Shown here one piece after another: positions 27,501 to 33,417 of a DNA stretch of 64,000 nucleotides. Positions within the stretch are counted from its first letter, which is position 1; each line of letters opens with the position of its first letter. The DNA is from Longimicrobiales bacterium (GTDB lineage: Bacteria; Gemmatimonadota; Gemmatimonadetes; Longimicrobiales; Gaopeijiaceae), in NCBI GenBank assembly GCA_965204735.1, contig OZ242008.1, positions 384,001 to 448,000 of the forward strand, given 5' to 3'. The position numbers and the translations under genes were made by a program. The notes under the pieces were generated by a model, which was given only the letters and a program-made list of their open reading frames with translations, did no database searches and had not been told where the DNA came from.

Positions 27501-30500
27501 GACGGGCAAAGCGTTCAGGCGCCGAAGGTGCTGCGGACCTCCATCGGCCCGCCCCCGTCGGGCGGCGACACGTACACGCGAGGCGAGACGTTCTTGGTGG
27601 GGGTGTCCTTCGACAGGGACGTGGCGGTGGACACGACGGGAGGCCGGCCCCGGGTCGCGCTGGAGATCGGGGATTCGACGCGGTATGCGACGTACCGGGG
27701 TCCCCCTCGTGGCAGACCTTGGGAGTTGCTGTTCGTTTACGTCGTGCAGGCAGGAGACCGGGACGCGGACGGCGTCAGCATCAAGGCGAACGGGTTGTCG
27801 GCGAACGGCGGCTCGATCACCCTGCTGGGCGACACTACGCCCGCGGTGCTGTCGCACATCGGGCTGTTTCCGACGGGACACAAGGTGGACGGCGGCCGCG
27901 TGGGTGCTCCGCACGTGCGATGGGCGGCGTTCAACGCTCCGGTGAAGGGGGACACGTACCTTCGAGGCGAGCGGATCGAGGTGACGATCGGCTTCGATCG
28001 TGTCGCGTCGGTGGACACGGTCGGGGGACGGCCGCGGATCGCGTTGCAGGTGGGGGACTCGACGCGGTACGCGACGTACCTGGGCCCTTCACGCGCGCAA
28101 GCGCACATCAGATTTGGCTACGTGGTGCGGGCTGGGGACACGGACACGGACGGGCTGAGCATCGGGTCCAACGCGGTGGAGCTGAACGGCGGCACGATCA
28201 CGGCGCCGGGGGACACGACGGCTGCCGTTCTGACGCGCGCCACGGTGCCGACGAGCGCGGCGCACAAGGTGGACGGCAGCCGAGCGGGAGTTGCAGAAGT
28301 GCAGTGGCTGGCCGTCGGTCCGCCTCCGTCGCGGGACAGCACGTACACGCGGGGCGAAGTGCTCTACGCGAGCGTGCACTTCGACCGGGCCGTTGCCGTG
28401 GACACGACGGGAGGCCGGCCGCGGATCGCCCTCGAGATCGGGGACTCGACGCGGCACGCGACCTACTCGCATCAGTTCACGAATACGCCGGCGCGACAGG
28501 TGTTCAAGTACGTGGTGCAGGCGAGCGACCGGGACGCCGACGGGCTGAGCGTCGCGGCCGACGCATTGGAGCTGAACGGCGGTTCGATCACGGCGCCGGA
28601 CGACACGGTGTCGGCGGACCTGTCGCACGCGCCGGTGGCGGCGGACTCGGCCTTCAAGGTGGACGGCGGTCGGACGGGCGCTCCACATGTGCGCTGGGTG
28701 TGGTTGAACGTCCCGGCGAGCGGCGACACGTACCTGCGCGGCGAGCAAGTTGTGGTGGTGGTGGACTTCGACCGAAGCGCTTCGGTGGACACGGTCGGCG
28801 GGCGGCCGCGGATCGCCTTGCAGGTGGGGGACTCGACGCGGCACGCGACGTACCTCGGCGCTCCGGGCGCGCGGCCGAGCTACGGCTTCACGTACGTGGT
28901 GCAGGCGGGCGACCGGGACGCGGACGGGCTGAGCATCGCGGCGAACGCATTGGAGCTGAACGGCAGCACGCTCACGGCGCCGGGCGACACGGCGGCGGCC
29001 GTTCTGACGCACGACTCGGTGCCGACGAGCGCGGCGCACAAGGTGGACGGGAGCCGAGCGGCCGGCGACGTCGCGGCGGAGGAGAATCGAGCGCCGGAAG
29101 TGGTGTCGGAGATCGCGCCGAAGACGATGGAGGTGGCGAGTCCGCCGGCCGTCGTCGACCTGTCGGCGCACTTCCGCGATCCCGACGGCGACGAGCTCCG
29201 GTACTTCGCGGCTTCGGCGACGCCGCGGTCGGTGCGAGTGGACGAGGCGGGCGGTGTCTTGACGATCCATGCGGCGGCGGTGGGCCAGTCCACCGTGACG
29301 GTGAGGGCGGTCGATCCCGAGGGTGCGGAAGCGGAGCAGAGCTTCTTGGTGACGGTCGAGGCGTCGCGTGCGGACCGCGCCCGCATCCTGAAGCGCTCGC
29401 TGGCCGCCTTCGGTCGGAGCGTGGGCACGGAGACGGTGGAAGCGATCGGCGGACGGCTGGGCGCGGCGGACGATCCGACTGCAATGGGCGCGATGGGCGC
29501 GGCGCATCTTCAAGTCGGCGGCCGGTCGCTTTCGTGCGTCGGCGCCGCGGAGCGCTGCGACCTGCAGGAGCTGGCCAGGCAGGCCGCCGGGCTGCTCGGC
29601 GTGCGGCCGTCGCACGGAGCGGGCAGCCTCGCGTCGGCGCTGCGGGCGGCTGCGAAGGGAGGCCACGACGCGGGCGCACTGCGCGGGCTGGCGGACGCCT
29701 TCGGACGATCGGCCCAGATCGGCGCCGCCGGCAGCTTCGGCGCACAGGACGGTTTCGCCGCCGGCAGCTTCGGTGCCACGGGCGGCTTGGGGACCGGCAG
29801 CCTCGGCGCACAGGGCGGCTTGGGCACCGTGGGCAGCTTGGGGGCCGGCGGCCTCGGCGCCACGGGCGGACGCGGCGACCGTCCCCGCTGGGGTCGGCTG
29901 GTCGCCATGGACCCCGTGACGCGCGACGAGCTGCTCACGCGGTCGTCGTTCCGGTTCTCGCCGGGCGCAGGCGCCGCCGGCGGCGCGCCGGCGGCGCCCG
30001 GCGGGTGGACGTTCTGGGGCCGAGCCAGCGCCGGCGGCTTCGAGGGCCGGCCCGAAGACGACCTTGCGCTGGACGGCACGGTGCGCTCGGCGTACCTGGG
30101 CGCCGACTACCGGTTCGGAGCGGGGCCGCTGGTGGGCCTGGCGCTGTCGCGAACGACGAGCTTGATCGGCTTCGAGAGCGGGATCAACGGCACGGGCACG
30201 GTGGACGCGCGCCTGACGAGCTTGTACCCGTACGCGCAGTGGTCGCCGCGCGCGGGATTGAGCGTGTGGGGGCTGGTCGGTGCGGGCCGGGGGACGGCGG
30301 CGCTGTCGGAGGACGCGACGCGCCGCCGGTACGAGACGGGCATGGGGATGGCGATGACGGCGGCGGGCGTGCGCCAGCGGCTGACGGGCGTGCTGGCCGT
30401 GAAGGCGGACGCTTTCGAGGTGCGCACCGATGCCGACGAGGCGGAGGGGTTGGCGGGCGTCGTGGCGAACGTGCGCCGGTTGCGCGTGGCGTCCGAGGTC

Positions 30501-31145
30501 GTGGGGCGCTGGGGGCTGTCGGGCGGGTCGTCGATTGCTTCGCAGGTGGAGGTGGGCGCGCGCTTCGACGGTGGCGACGCGGAGACGGGCGCGGGCGCGG
30601 AGGCGGGCGCGGGGATCGGCTACGTGCACGAGGGCATCGGGCTGAGCGTGGACGCGCGGGGCCGGGCGCTGGTGGCGCATCAGGCGTCGTCGTTCCGGGA
30701 GTGGGGCGCAAGCGTCGCGGTGCGTCTGCGGCCGAGTGGCGAGGCGGGCGGGTTGTCGTTCACCCTCGAGCCGAGCTGGGGCAATGCGGCGAGCGGCGTG
30801 GCGACGCTCTGGCGGGAGGGAGCGGCAGCGGGCGCGCCCGGCGTGCCGCTGGGCGGTTCCCTGTCGCCGGCGCAGGCGGGGGGCGTGCCGCTTGCGAGCG
30901 AGCGCGCGAGCGCCAGCCGGCTCCACATGGAGGTGGACTACACGATCGTGCTGGCGGACGGCGGGCGAGTGGCGCCGTTCGGGCGCTGGGCGGTCGAGGG
31001 TGGTTCGGGGCGTCGGCTGAACGTTGGGGTCCGGCTGTCGGTGCTGGAAGCGGCGACGCTCGACCTCTTCGGCGAGGAGGTCTCGGGCGGCGCCGAGCCC
31101 GCGGACCGCCGACTAGGCCTGCAGGGCGCAGTGCGGTTCAAGTGA
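12591..31145 (+). CDS. Giant (~6180 aa) autotransporter adhesin: signal peptide, tandem Ig-like plus Calx-beta units, two He_PIG-like domains, cadherin-like domain, C-terminal beta-barrel
   Basis: Single open frame of 18.5 kb. Signal peptide ...VVAFVLLVLIGAAPSSRAEA; Calx-beta motif TATSGVDY..GTLTFEPG..VRGDD.VEGDETVVLSLS..GTIVDDD; He_PIG-like ALPLGLAFDAGRRTIAGTP..YTATDADGD; barrel from WTFWGRAS (~30005) to GLQGAVRFK. The real start may be ATG 12603 or 12609. Confidence 0.92.
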   Translation: MFQSMTMRAAVPGVRDSACGGKAWAGVVAFVLLVLIGAAPSSRAEAQAPTVERIVFRGLADGDSTYYRGEAVRVRVAFTRHIAVETSGGEPHVELTVGAATRRAELVAWKLNRMDFRYVVQAGDLDGDGVSVPANGLKLNGAAVTAKDDASLAADVTHGVAEGGLSRKVDGSQYRPQGPTLSGEGASVAEGGAGAETDLGFAVRLAPAAASRVTVDYADAGSGTATSGVDYAAIEGGTLTFEPGDTLQTAWVKVRGDDAVEGDETVVLSLSGASGAELATSTVTGTIVDDDEAAPPGPTVERIVFLGLADGDSTYYRGEAVRVRVAFTRHIAVETSGGEPHVELTVGAATRRAELVAWKLNRMDFRYVVQAGDLDGDGVSVPANGLKLNGAAVTVKDDASLAADVTHGVAEGGLSRKVDGSQYRPQGPTLSGEGASVAEGGAGAETDLGFAVRLAPAAASRVTVDYADAGSGTATSGVDYAAIEGGTLTFEPGDTLQTAWVKVRGDDAVEGDETVVLSLSGASGAELATSTVTGTIVDDDEAAPPGPTVERIVFLGLADGDSTYYRGEAVRVRVAFTRHIAVETSGGEPHVELTVGAATRRAELVAWKLNRMDFRYVVQAGDLDGDGVSVPANGLKLNGAAVTVKDDASLAADVTHGVAEGGASRKVDGSQYRPQGPTLSGEGASVAEGGAGAETDLGFAVRLAPAAASRVTVDYADAGSGTATSGVDYAAIGGGTLTFEPGDTLQTAWVKVRGDDAVEGDETVVLSLSGASGAELATSTVTGTIVDDDEAAPPGPTVERIVFLGLADGDSTYYRGEAVRVRVAFTRHIAVETSGGEPHVELTVGAATRRAELVAWKLNRMDFRYVVQAGDLDGDGVSVPANGLKLNGAAVTVKDDASLAADVTHGVAEGGASRKVDGSQYRPQGPTLSGEGASVAEGGAGAETDLGFAVRLAPAAASRVTVDYADAGSGTATSGVDYAAIGGGTLTFEPGDTLQTAWVKVRGDDAVEGDETVVLSLSGASGAELATSTVTGTIVDDDEAAPPGPTVERIVFLGLADGDSTYYRGEAVRVRVAFTRHIAVETSGGEPHVELTVGAATRRAELVAWKLNRMDFRYVVQAGDFDGDGVSVPANGLKLNGAAVTEKDDASLAADVTHGVAEGGASRKVDGSQYRPQGPTLSGEGASVAEGGAGAETDLGFAVRLAPAAASRVTVDYADAGSGTATSGVDYAAIEGGTLTFEPGDTLQTAWVKVRGDDEVEGDETVVLSLSGASGAELATSTVRGTIVDDDEAAPPGPIVERIVFLGLADGDSTYYRGEAVRVRVAFTRHIAVETSGGEPHVELTVGAATRRAELVAWKLNRMDFRYVVQAGDFDGDGVSVPANGLKLNGAAVTAKDDASVDADVAHGVAEGGASRKVDGSQYRPQGPTLSGEGASVAEGGAGAETDLGFAVRLAPAAASRVTVDYADAGSGTATSGVDYAAIGGGTLTFEPGDTLQTVWVKVRGDDAVEDDETVVLSLSGAAGAELATLTVTGTIVDDDGPEPRGPTVERIVFRGLAAGDSTYYRGEAVRVRVAFTRHIAMEMSGGKPHVELTVGAATRRAELVAWKLNRMDFRYVVQAGDLDGDGVSVPANGLKLNGATVKARNGPALDANPAHGAAEGGASRKVDGSGHRPLGPTLSAGGSSVTEGGSNTETDLEFAVWLGPPAASRVTVAYADAGSGTATSDVDYAAIEADTLTFEPGETLKTVSVTVRGDDEVEDDETVVLSLSGATNAELASRRVTGTIVDDDGSRPTVSIDSATVREPGPGEAVALSFTVSLSAPSARQVTVRYTDAGTGTATSGGDYDAVTPGTVVFAAGDTAQTVEVTVKGDALDEPVETIVLALGRPVNADLPNGGARGVGTIVDDDDAPTLSGDSPSVEEGKGEGRRLTFTLALDRPSGRGLALYYADAGTGTATSGADYEEVVPDTLFFEPGETTKSIDVMVVGDTLQELDETVVLRLSAADSSLLAVSTALIAGTIVDDDGEDLAPSFGDAVVPAQRWVRACEIRAVQLPAAEGGDAPLTYGLAPALPLGLAFDAGRRTIAGTPEREQPVTTYRYTATDADGDLATLSFTAQVELLECGLEADGLDADGEPEAVDAASSETPSIGDAGDFDAERETLSGDATAVSMHQDVDAEGGLATGAVVGAQSSTLTVQRIVFRGLAAGDSTYYLNEVVRVRVFFTQHVTVNTSGGKPYLDLTVGSTTRRAAYNSSRQNYLGFSYRVQADDFDGDGVSVPANGLKLNGATVTARNNPSVVADPAHGVAEGGLSRKVDGSQFRPPGLAVERIDFRSAPGGDSTYYRDEIVRVRVFFTEQIAVDASGGLPSVDLTVGAETRRAVMGSRSWNQNRLELRYVVQAGDFDGDGVSVQANSLSLNGAVVTAQGDASVLAETGHGAVEGGASQKVDGSQYRPQGPTLSAGGTSVVEGDSGAETDLEFAVRLAPAAASRVTVDYADAGSGTATSGVDYAAIGSGTLTFEPGDTLKTVSVTVRGDDEVEDDETVVLSLSGATGAELATSTVRGTIVNDDEAAPALTVQRFNFRGLGAADSTYYLNEVVRVRVFFTEHVTVDTSGGEPYLDLTVGSTTRRAAYNSSRQNYLGFSYRVQADDFDGDGVSVPANGLKLNGATVTARNNPAVVADPAHGVAEGGLSRKVDGSQLRPQGPTLSAGGTSVVEGDSGAETDLEFAVRLVPPAASRVTVDYADAGSGTATSGVDYAAIEGGTLTFEPGDTLKTVWVKVRGDDEVEGDETVVLSLSGATGAELATSTVRGTIVNDDEAAPALTVQRFNFRGLGAADSTYYLNEVVRVRVFFTEHVTVDTSGGEPYLDLTVGSTTRRAAYNSSRQNYLGFSYRVQADDFDGDGVSVPANGLKLNGATVTARSNPAVVADPAHGVAEGGLSRKVDGSQFRPQGPTLSAGGTSVVEGDSGAETDLEFAVRLAPAAASRVTVDYADAGSGTATSGVDYAAIGSGTLTFEPGDTLKTVWVKVRGDDEVEGDETVVLSLSGATGAELATSTVRGTIVNDDEAAPALTVQRFNFRGLGAADSTYYLNEVVRVRVFFTEHVTVDTSGGEPYLDLTVGSTTRRAAYNSSRQNYLGFSYRVQADDFDGDGVSVPANGLKLNGATVTARNNPAVVADPAHGVAEGGLSRKVDGSQLRPQGPTLSAGGTSVVEGDSGAETDLEFAVRLAPPAASRVTVEYADAGSGTATSGVDYAAIEGGTLTFEPGETLKTAWVKVRGDDEVEGDETVVLSLSGATGAELATSTVRGTIVDDDEAAPALTVQRFNFRGLGASDSTYYLNEVVRVRVFFTEHVTVDTSGGEPYLDLTVGTTTRRADYGSSRQNYLDFRYRVQADDFDGDGVSVPANGLKLNGATVTARSNPAVVADPAHGVAEGGLSRKVDGSQFRPQGPTLSAGGTSVVEGDSGAETDLEFAVRLAPASASRVTVAYADAGSGTAASGVDYAAIEGGTLTFEPGDTLQTVSVTVRGDDEVEDDETVVLSLSGATGAELATSTVRGTIVDDDGPEPRGPTVERIVFRGLAAGDSTYYRDEVVRVRVRFSRHVTVATTVGEPHLDLTVGATTRRADFGSSRQNYLDFRYRVQAGDFDGDGVSVPANGLKLNGATVKARNGPALDANPAHGAAEGGASRKVDGSGHRPQGPTLSAGGSSATEGGSNTETDLEFAVWLGPPAASRVTVAYADAGSGTATAGVDYAAIEADTLTFEPGETLKTVSVTVRGDDEVEDDETVVLSLSGATNAELASRRVTGTIADDDGSRPTVSIDSATVREPGPGEAVALSFTVSLSAPSARQVTVRYADAGTGTATPGGDYDAVTPGTVVFAAGDTAQTVEVTVKGDALDEPVETIVLALAGPVNADLPNGGARGVGTIVDDDDAPTLSGDSPSVEEGNGEGRRLTFTLALDRPSGRGLALYYADAGTGTATSGADYEEVVPDTLFFEPGETTKSIDVMVVGDTLQEIDETVVLRLSAADSTLLAVSKALIAGTIVDDDGEDVAPSFGDAVVPAQRWVRACEIRAVQLPAAERGDAPLTYGLAPALPLGLAFDAGRRTIAGTPEREQPVTTYRYTATDADGDSATLSFTAQVELLECGLEEADGLDADGDPEAVDAASSETPSIGDAGNFDAERETLSEDATAVSMHQEDDADGDLATEPVVGAQSGAPAVQRIVFRGLAAGDSTYYRDEVVRVRVFFTQHVTVNTSGGEPYLDLTVGATTRRAAYNSSRQNYLGFSYRVQAADFDGDGVSVPANGLKLNGATITAKNDTSVNANIAHDSAAGGASRKVDGSKYRPPSVRSATFSNSPASGDTYGYGEKIEATVAFDRRVLVSTTGGTPSLDLTIGAHTRQATLIRAGRRTRLIFSYTVQAGDLAPAGASIAANAVRLNGGTITHDADSATHAILAHEAVAADTTRRVSGRQGRPPKVEGIAFGAPAPTDSVYYRGDSIRVRVAFDDSVAVDTTSGKPQVALAVGTATRQAALSAHAGKALDFVYVVQAADRDSDGVSIAANALALNGATIRGTGAAAARNADVTHPPVAPSAARTVDGSKVGAPKVSSVAFAGLPPDGDTYHYDDEVRVQVVFDGRVAVDTVGGKPQLALSMGTRRRQAVFAPSASTGTTLVFAYRVQSADVDSDGASIAANALALNGGSIRAEADSTTAALATHDSLAADPARKVDGRPRITSLEFYDPPSSVPPSAGVYGFGERIRILARFDQKLILDHRAWVSLEVGTDTVQVRSSWRLRMGDRALLFTYVVGRGAMDSDGVRVPKGALSLNGGMLKADSDGVTRARLDHGGLPADSSRRVNGSVTPTPRPVVTLTDDPPASGNTYTWNERIEASVYFNVDVRVTGRPRLTMNVGTGTRQLVADEYGGRGPLTFEYVVQAADMDADGISFPANALSLPSGATIRSAADTSIHAALSHDSVPADPQRKVDGQSVQAPKVLRTSIGPPPSGGDTYTRGETFLVGVSFDRDVAVDTTGGRPRVALEIGDSTRYATYRGPPRGRPWELLFVYVVQAGDRDADGVSIKANGLSANGGSITLLGDTTPAVLSHIGLFPTGHKVDGGRVGAPHVRWAAFNAPVKGDTYLRGERIEVTIGFDRVASVDTVGGRPRIALQVGDSTRYATYLGPSRAQAHIRFGYVVRAGDTDTDGLSIGSNAVELNGGTITAPGDTTAAVLTRATVPTSAAHKVDGSRAGVAEVQWLAVGPPPSRDSTYTRGEVLYASVHFDRAVAVDTTGGRPRIALEIGDSTRHATYSHQFTNTPARQVFKYVVQASDRDADGLSVAADALELNGGSITAPDDTVSADLSHAPVAADSAFKVDGGRTGAPHVRWVWLNVPASGDTYLRGEQVVVVVDFDRSASVDTVGGRPRIALQVGDSTRHATYLGAPGARPSYGFTYVVQAGDRDADGLSIAANALELNGSTLTAPGDTAAAVLTHDSVPTSAAHKVDGSRAAGDVAAEENRAPEVVSEIAPKTMEVASPPAVVDLSAHFRDPDGDELRYFAASATPRSVRVDEAGGVLTIHAAAVGQSTVTVRAVDPEGAEAEQSFLVTVEASRADRARILKRSLAAFGRSVGTETVEAIGGRLGAADDPTAMGAMGAAHLQVGGRSLSCVGAAERCDLQELARQAAGLLGVRPSHGAGSLASALRAAAKGGHDAGALRGLADAFGRSAQIGAAGSFGAQDGFAAGSFGATGGLGTGSLGAQGGLGTVGSLGAGGLGATGGRGDRPRWGRLVAMDPVTRDELLTRSSFRFSPGAGAAGGAPAAPGGWTFWGRASAGGFEGRPEDDLALDGTVRSAYLGADYRFGAGPLVGLALSRTTSLIGFESGINGTGTVDARLTSLYPYAQWSPRAGLSVWGLVGAGRGTAALSEDATRRRYETGMGMAMTAAGVRQRLTGVLAVKADAFEVRTDADEAEGLAGVVANVRRLRVASEVVGRWGLSGGSSIASQVEVGARFDGGDAETGAGAEAGAGIGYVHEGIGLSVDARGRALVAHQASSFREWGASVAVRLRPSGEAGGLSFTLEPSWGNAASGVATLWREGAAAGAPGVPLGGSLSPAQAGGVPLASERASASRLHMEVDYTIVLADGGRVAPFGRWAVEGGSGRRLNVGVRLSVLEAATLDLFGEEVSGGAEPADRRLGLQGAVRFK
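12735..17950 (+). repeat. Seven tandem 747-bp (249-aa) intragenic units, block A
   Basis: Units start at 12735, 13482, 14229, 14976, 15723, 16470 and 17217; the inner units are nearly identical. Confidence 0.95.
20292..23270 (+). repeat. Four tandem 744-bp (248-aa) intragenic units, block B
   Basis: LTVQRFNFRGLG units start at 20292, 21036, 21780 and 22524. Confidence 0.92.
23271..25500 (+). repeat. Second copy of the ~2.2-kb segment at 17217-~19440 (offset about 6054 bp)
   Basis: Same order of Ig, three Calx-beta, He_PIG and acidic linker; near-identical DNA, e.g. GSRPTVSIDSATVREPGPGEAV at 17947 and 24001. Confidence 0.9.
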
Positions 31146-31156
31146 TGATCCGCTGG

Positions 31157-31666
31157 TCATCCCCCTGATCGGCCCACGGGAATCCTGATCGCGGCGAGAA
31201 GGCGTTGGAACGCCGACCGGTGCCCGGGACCGTCCGGGGCGCCGTCGGAGGCGCCCACGTTGCCCGCCAGGACAACGCCCAGAGCGCCGGCAACGGCAAT
31301 CCCCCCGGCGAGAAGACTGGTCCGGGCCGGAGAGAACCGCTGCATCTCCACGCTCGTCACGTCCGCCCGCAGAACGCGCAGGGTGTCGGCAACCTTCGTG
31401 TTCCGATGCAGCCCAGGATCGATTCCCGGGATGGGAACCTGGAGCACCAACGCCTCCGGCTCGACGGAAAGCAGATCGCCGTCAAGGCTGGTGCGGGCCA
31501 CGCCAGTGACCTGGGCTTGGCGGAGCTGGCCCTCCGCGGCGAGCTGCGTGCGTATCCGTTCGCCGGGAATCGGGTCGCCGGCAATGGGTTGGAATGTCGT
31601 GCACCCAAGACACGCTAGAGCTAGAGCCAGAAGAGCGAAGCCGACGGCCGCCGTTGGCCAGCGCAT
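31157..31666 (-). CDS. Hypothetical lipoprotein with C-terminal TM segment
   Basis: MRWPTAAVGFALLALALACLGC signal/lipobox; C-terminal SPARTSLLAGGIAVAGALGVVL. It is the 3' end of the listed 31157..33961 frame. Confidence 0.7.
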   Translation of the reverse strand: MRWPTAAVGFALLALALACLGCTTFQPIAGDPIPGERIRTQLAAEGQLRQAQVTGVARTSLDGDLLSVEPEALVLQVPIPGIDPGLHRNTKVADTLRVLRADVTSVEMQRFSPARTSLLAGGIAVAGALGVVLAGNVGASDGAPDGPGHRSAFQRLLAAIRIPVGRSGG

Positions 31667-31945
31667 GCCTGCGTCGGGACGAAGGGGGACCACGAAACCG
31701 CTCCTCGGTTCTTGGGACGACACGCTTCTTGGGGCCACACGCCGCAAAGTCTGCCGGGGTTCGGGTCCAGTCAAGCGGCAGCTGCCCAGCAACCCACGAT
31801 CCTCCGACAGCCCCTGATCCCCCGACAACCCCTTGCCGACCGTCGGCGTCGGTCCGTCGTCGCCTTCCTCTGGTCTGGCCAGCTCTGGTCTGGCGAGATT
31901 TCCGTTCGCTTTCTCCTCCGTCCTCGTTGCACAGGGGTCCGTGCC

Positions 31946-32578
31946 ATGCAAGCTCGTTTCCGCGCCATCCGCCGTTCCTTCGCCCCCGCCCGCCGTCTCC
32001 TCGCCCTCGCCCGCCGTCCCCTCGCCGCCACCGCCCTCGCGCTGGCGACCGCAGGAACCGCGCCTGCATTCGTCCCGACGCCTCTTCAGGCCCAGCGTCC
32101 GCCTCAGGTCGGGAACACGCCGGACTTCCGGGCCGAGTTCATCGGGCAGTTCGAGGCGTCCGCCCGGAAGCTGGTGGCCTTGGCCGAGGCCATGCCCGCA
32201 GAGAGCTACTCGTGGCAGCCCATGGAGGGCGTGGCGTCGGTGGCTCGGGCGTACATGCACGTCGCCCGGTACAACTACATGTATCCGGACCAGAACCTGG
32301 GCGTTCCCGCGCCCGCCGGCACGGAGTACGAGACGCTGGAGGAGGCGGTGACCGACAAGGACGAAGTCGTGGCGGTCCTCTCGGCGTCGATGGAACACGT
32401 CCGCAGCGTGGTGGCCGGCATGTCCGACGCCGACCTGGAGGCGCCGACCCGTCTGTACGGTCGAGAAGTCGCCGGCTGGGCCGTCCTGCTCCAGCTGGTG
32501 AACCACATGAATGAACATCTGGGGCAGCAGATCGCCTACGCCCGCATGAATCGGGTGGCGCCTCCCTGGTCGCGGTAG
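31946..32578 (+). CDS. Exported DinB/YfiT-like protein
   Basis: LAEAMPAESYSWQPMEGVASVARAYMHVA...HMNEHLGQQIAYARMNRVAPPWS with DinB His ligands; Arg-rich signal peptide; start ATG 31946. Confidence 0.85.
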   Translation: MQARFRAIRRSFAPARRLLALARRPLAATALALATAGTAPAFVPTPLQAQRPPQVGNTPDFRAEFIGQFEASARKLVALAEAMPAESYSWQPMEGVASVARAYMHVARYNYMYPDQNLGVPAPAGTEYETLEEAVTDKDEVVAVLSASMEHVRSVVAGMSDADLEAPTRLYGREVAGWAVLLQLVNHMNEHLGQQIAYARMNRVAPPWSR

Positions 32579-32643
32579 AACCACCGTCGTCGCGGGAACG
32601 ACCACGGCGCGCCTGCGGTCGGCGCCGACCGGACGGACGCCGC

Positions 32644-33417
32644 TCAGATCGCTTCCAGCGCGTCCAGCTCCAGCCAGCCGACCTTTCCGTCGGCCAACAC
32701 CACTTCGGCCCACTCGCCCGAGCGCTGATCGATCCGCACCTTCGTGCCGGCGTGCAGCGTGAAGACCGTCAGGCCGCCCTCGGCGGAGGGGGCGCTGAGC
32801 ACCCGGGCCTGGGCCGCCACGACCACGGCTTCCTCGGGCTGGGCGACTCCGGCCTCCCGCGCCAGCAGCGTTCCGCCCAGCGCCGCCGTGGCCAGCGCCG
32901 CTCCGTACCCGGTCCGACGGACCGCGACCTTCCAGCCTCGCGGCCGACGCAGCACCAGAAGCACCCCCGCCAACCCCAGGACGCCCCAGCATCCGGCCAC
33001 GGCCGCGGCCAGCGCCCCCCTCGGCAGCAGCTTCATCCACCAGTCGAACGCCCCCAGCAGCCAGAAGCGGGGCAACGGCTCGATCCTGTCCCGAAGCCGT
33101 TGGTTGACGAGCGACAGGTTGGCAAGGACGTCGTCGTTGCCGGGGTCCAGCCGGAGAGCGCGTTCGTAGGCGACCACCGCAGGAGCGACCTCGCCCATCC
33201 GGTAGCGGGCGTTGCCCAGGTTGTAGTAGAGGACGGCGGACTCCCAGCCGCTCTCCAGCACGGCCTCGTACTTGGCGGCAGCCCCGGCGAAGTCGCCCCC
33301 TTGGTAGAGCCGGTTGCCTTCCTCGAAGAACGTCGTCTGGGCCGACGCGGCGAAAGGCCGTCCCAGCGCCGCCGCCAGGACGACGGTTGGAAGCAAGAGC
33401 GCCCCGGAACGCTTCAC
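32644..33417 (-). CDS. batE: BatE-like TPR plus SH3b protein
   Basis: FEEGNRLYQGGDF..YYNLGNARYR TPRs, TM segments, LHAGTKVRI..WAEVVLADGKVGWL SH3 domain. GTG 33417 overlaps the batD stop. Confidence 0.85.
   Translation of the reverse strand: MKRSGALLLPTVVLAAALGRPFAASAQTTFFEEGNRLYQGGDFAGAAAKYEAVLESGWESAVLYYNLGNARYRMGEVAPAVVAYERALRLDPGNDDVLANLSLVNQRLRDRIEPLPRFWLLGAFDWWMKLLPRGALAAAVAGCWGVLGLAGVLLVLRRPRGWKVAVRRTGYGAALATAALGGTLLAREAGVAQPEEAVVVAAQARVLSAPSAEGGLTVFTLHAGTKVRIDQRSGEWAEVVLADGKVGWLELDALEAI

Noticed and set aside
12735..29060. Adhesin variation produced by a diversity-generating retroelement or shufflon
   Set aside because: No reverse transcriptase or invertase in the window, and differences between units are not adenine-specific.
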